A DNA stretch of 64,000 bases, from positions 2,672 through 66,671 of the forward strand of contig CAUFXK010000001.1 of NCBI GenBank assembly GCA_959596495.1, read 5' to 3'. Below the pieces are notes generated by a model. The model searched no databases, was not told the origin of the DNA, and was given only the letters and a program-made list of their open reading frames with translations. How positions within the stretch are numbered: the first letter of the stretch is position 1; every line of letters starts with the position of its first letter. This document shows, one piece after another, positions 62,906-64,000 of the stretch. This stretch comes from an uncultured Collinsella sp. (lineage in GTDB: Bacteria > Actinomycetota > Coriobacteriia > Coriobacteriales > Coriobacteriaceae). The position numbers were made by a program, and so were the translations under genes.

Positions 62906-63946
62906 TTGGTTCGACGTGGCTCGCATCCGCGACTTTCGGTGATCCTTGTGGTAGAAGGTTCGCCCAGCTATGCGATGCGTGCGCTCGAGAGTATCCAGAA
63001 CCAAGACCTCTACGATTTGCAGATTGTCGTTGTCTGTCGCGATACTGCGCCCGGTGTGCGCCATTCGCTTCAAGTTGCTGCCGACAGGGACATCCATATT
63101 GATTTGATTGACGTCGAGGACGCGACGCGCGGCGCGTGTCTTCGTGCCGGTTTTGCTGCCTCGCGCGGCTCTCAAATCATCGCCATGAACGCCGATGAGT
63201 GGTTTGCTCCGCAATCCCTTTCCAAGATGGTCGATATCGCGTGCGATACTGCGGCAGACATAGTGTTCCCCACGGTGTCGCTCGACCGCTATGATGCGCA
63301 TCGAGAGCGCCATTCGCGCGTCTTGGATACTACTCATATTTCCATTGATAGCAAATCTTCGATGGTGGCCGGGCTGCCTCAGTTGATTTTAGGCGGCCTA
63401 GTCGTTCAGACCTCTGGCGTGATGTATAGTCGTCCGCTGTTTGAGGCATGCCTGTCGCACGGCAAGGCGTACCGTACGGTTGAGTTTATGGTGTGCGCGC
63501 TCTCGCAGGCGCAGCGCGTCTCCGGATGCGGCGACGCTTGTTTCCACACGGTAGCGCCTAAGCTTACAGACGCCTTTGATCCCACCATGTATGCCAAGGT
63601 ATCCGATGACACCCGAGCGCTCGACGAGCTTGCGGACTCACTCTCGGAAGCAGATAGCGGTGGTCGGCTCAAGCTGGCAAGCCAAAAGTTCTACTTTGCC
63701 GGACTGGTCGCCTGCATCGAGAATTTGTGTCTGAGCCCGCATGGGGTGTCGTCAATCGAGCGTTCCGCCCGCATGCGTGATATGCTCGAGGCGCCTCGAA
63801 CCCGTCAGATGGTCGCCGCGCTCAAGGACAACCATCGGGGACTCGGTCTGTTGTTTGGGCCGATCGCCAGCGCTAAGCCCGCGCGCTGCGTGATGTGTAC
63901 GCATCTGGCAGCTTTTCTTAACCGGACGGGCGCAAAACCCGCCTAA
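62906..63946 (+). CDS. Glycosyltransferase family 2-like protein (divergent)
   Basis: 346 aa. N-terminal 'LSVILVVEGSPSYAMRALESIQNQDLYDLQIVVV' follows the GT2 pattern (sVIIp-yN…l-Sil-Q…eiivv), but the DxD region is atypical. TTG start is uncertain. Confidence 0.45.
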   Translation: MVRRGSHPRLSVILVVEGSPSYAMRALESIQNQDLYDLQIVVVCRDTAPGVRHSLQVAADRDIHIDLIDVEDATRGACLRAGFAASRGSQIIAMNADEWFAPQSLSKMVDIACDTAADIVFPTVSLDRYDAHRERHSRVLDTTHISIDSKSSMVAGLPQLILGGLVVQTSGVMYSRPLFEACLSHGKAYRTVEFMVCALSQAQRVSGCGDACFHTVAPKLTDAFDPTMYAKVSDDTRALDELADSLSEADSGGRLKLASQKFYFAGLVACIENLCLSPHGVSSIERSARMRDMLEAPRTRQMVAALKDNHRGLGLLFGPIASAKPARCVMCTHLAAFLNRTGAKPA

Positions 63947-64000
63947 ACGGCTCATTACGAAACAAACTTGCATAGAATTGTTTCGAAATGCGTTCTTATA

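Overview
This is a high-GC bacterial chromosome segment with strongly GC3-biased core genes. Gene content and ribosomal-protein sequences suggest an anaerobic gut Actinomycetota/Coriobacteriia-type organism, but that is inference only.

Layout:
(1) 1-5.3 kb: tail of a LevR/ManR-type PRD regulator, a mannose-family PTS (IIB-IIC-IID-IIA), a DUF2961/GH172 glycosidase and a ROK fructokinase.
(2) 5.3-6.3 kb: decayed region with an IS200-type tnpA remnant and short tandem repeats.
(3) 6.3-12.4 kb: Gfo/Idh/MocA oxidoreductase, DeoR regulator, RluA, U32 peptidase and RidA.
(4) 12.5-22.9 kb: first half of an E. coli ygeV-ygfT-like selenium/molybdenum-dependent purine (xanthine/urate) catabolic gene set. 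It holds a YheO-like regulator, an NCS2 permease, ssnA, ygfK, a polyferredoxin and xdhD.
(5) 23-41.8 kb: accessory stretch.
- MMPL transporter plus a YhgE/Pip-like heptad-repeat protein.
- Four arrays of a 62-bp hairpin tandem repeat.
- An AbiEi/DUF559-like gene.
- Two orphan AAA ATPases (DUF234, DUF4143), each behind an elaborate operator-like repeat.
- A SIMPL protein.
- An unlisted 41-aa hydrophobic peptide.
- A DEDDh exonuclease.
- An orphan 837-aa protein with a glycine-zipper membrane segment.
- A GmrSD-type (DUF262/DUF1524) enzyme.
(6) 41.8-51.8 kb: second half of the purine set. It holds a second YheO-like regulator, dpaL/ygeX, ygeY, ygeW, a ygfJ-like gene, hyuA, yqeC, a yqeB-family gene and xdhC.
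(7) 52.1-62.7 kb: spc/alpha ribosomal operons starting abruptly at rplE (rplE through rplQ, with secY, adk, map, infA, rpmJ and rpoA), then truA and a GT2-like gene.

No rRNA, tRNA or CRISPR was seen.

Most worth a second look:
- The orphan 837-aa membrane-segment protein in a lower-GC defence-type neighbourhood.
- The dispersed 62-bp hairpin repeat family, whose arrays bracket gene cassettes.
- The split purine-catabolism gene set with two paralogous YheO-like regulators.

The many long antisense ORFs in the track are GC-rich shadow ORFs.
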